In this document: positions 63,589 to 64,000 of the stretch, in pieces | Numbering within the stretch: the stretch's first letter is position 1 | How the letters are laid out: each line of letters begins with the position of its first letter | Source of the DNA: Chlorokybus atmophyticus | Taxonomy: Eukaryota; Plantae; Mesostigma and Chlorokybus algae | Length of the DNA stretch: 64,000 nt | Assembly: GCA_009103225.1 (NCBI GenBank) | Contig: RHPI01003129.1 | Span: forward strand, 51,942 to 115,941 | Reading direction: 5' to 3' | The notes under the pieces: generated by a model | Told to the model about the DNA's origin: nothing | Seen by the model: the letters and a program-made list of their open reading frames with translations, nothing else | Database searches by the model: none | Made by a program: the position numbers and the translations under genes

Positions 63589-64000
63589 GTACACACGGAA
63601 TTTTTTCCACGGACCAGCACTGGTCCGCACGTACGGACCAGGGCCAAAACGCCCGGGCGGCTTGGGGTCCGGACCAGGGTCGCCCGCCTTGGTCTGCACG
63701 CGGGGACCAGGGCTGGTCCAAACAGTACGTAATTGTCCCACGGTCCCCCAAAATATCGGGCCAGCCCTGGTTGCTGTTATCATGACGAGCGCAATGGGAC
63801 TAATGCTGGTCTGCCATGCGTGTTGCTGCATGCACCAAGGATGGTCCGCTCTTGGCACAGTTCTATCAAAAGCATCACCACTACTGGTCCCGAGTAGCAG
63901 GACCATCCTTGGTTTGCACTGTGGGACCATGCATGGTCTACTTGTATCTTAATGTCTAGCCCAGATGGTCTGCAAGGATGGTCCCGACTAGTGGGACCAA
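63589..64000. mobile_element. probable DNA-transposon terminus with dense subterminal GGACCA/TGGTCC repeats (runs off the window)
   Basis: Begins CACACGGAATTTTTTCCACGG after AT-rich DNA, followed by about 17 GGACCA/TGGTCC-type motifs in both orientations. Confidence 0.5.

Overview
Intron-rich eukaryotic DNA, most likely from a flagellated green-lineage alga. This is inferred from GT-AG introns full of (GT)n/(CT)n, a plant-type initiator-tRNA primer site, and cilia-type genes. Host genes rebuilt by hand from splice signals are: a head-to-head pair of paralogues encoding a His/Asp-rich region, a small hydrophobic module and a C-terminal RING-H2 (6163-7962 minus; 9036-11358 plus); an ankyrin-repeat gene disrupted by a copia insertion; a 254-aa probable cilia-associated protein; RIF1; and two tandem polycystin-2 (TRPP)-like channel genes with large Cys-rich, LNR-like extracellular loops. 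Mobile DNA includes the intact 3' part of a chromodomain Ty3/gypsy element nested in a MITE, a full-length Ty1/copia element with a half-tRNA primer site, a near-intact pogo-type DNA transposon (one frameshift) carrying an array of hairpins, its MITE partners, a decayed Fot-like pogo, and a probable transposon terminus at the right edge. Very long (CT)n/(GA)n tracts and two N gaps produce most of the long spurious ORFs. The best candidate for an undescribed system is the His-rich / hydrophobic-module / RING-H2 paralogue pair. All protein family calls were made by eye from remembered consensus motifs; no searches were run.
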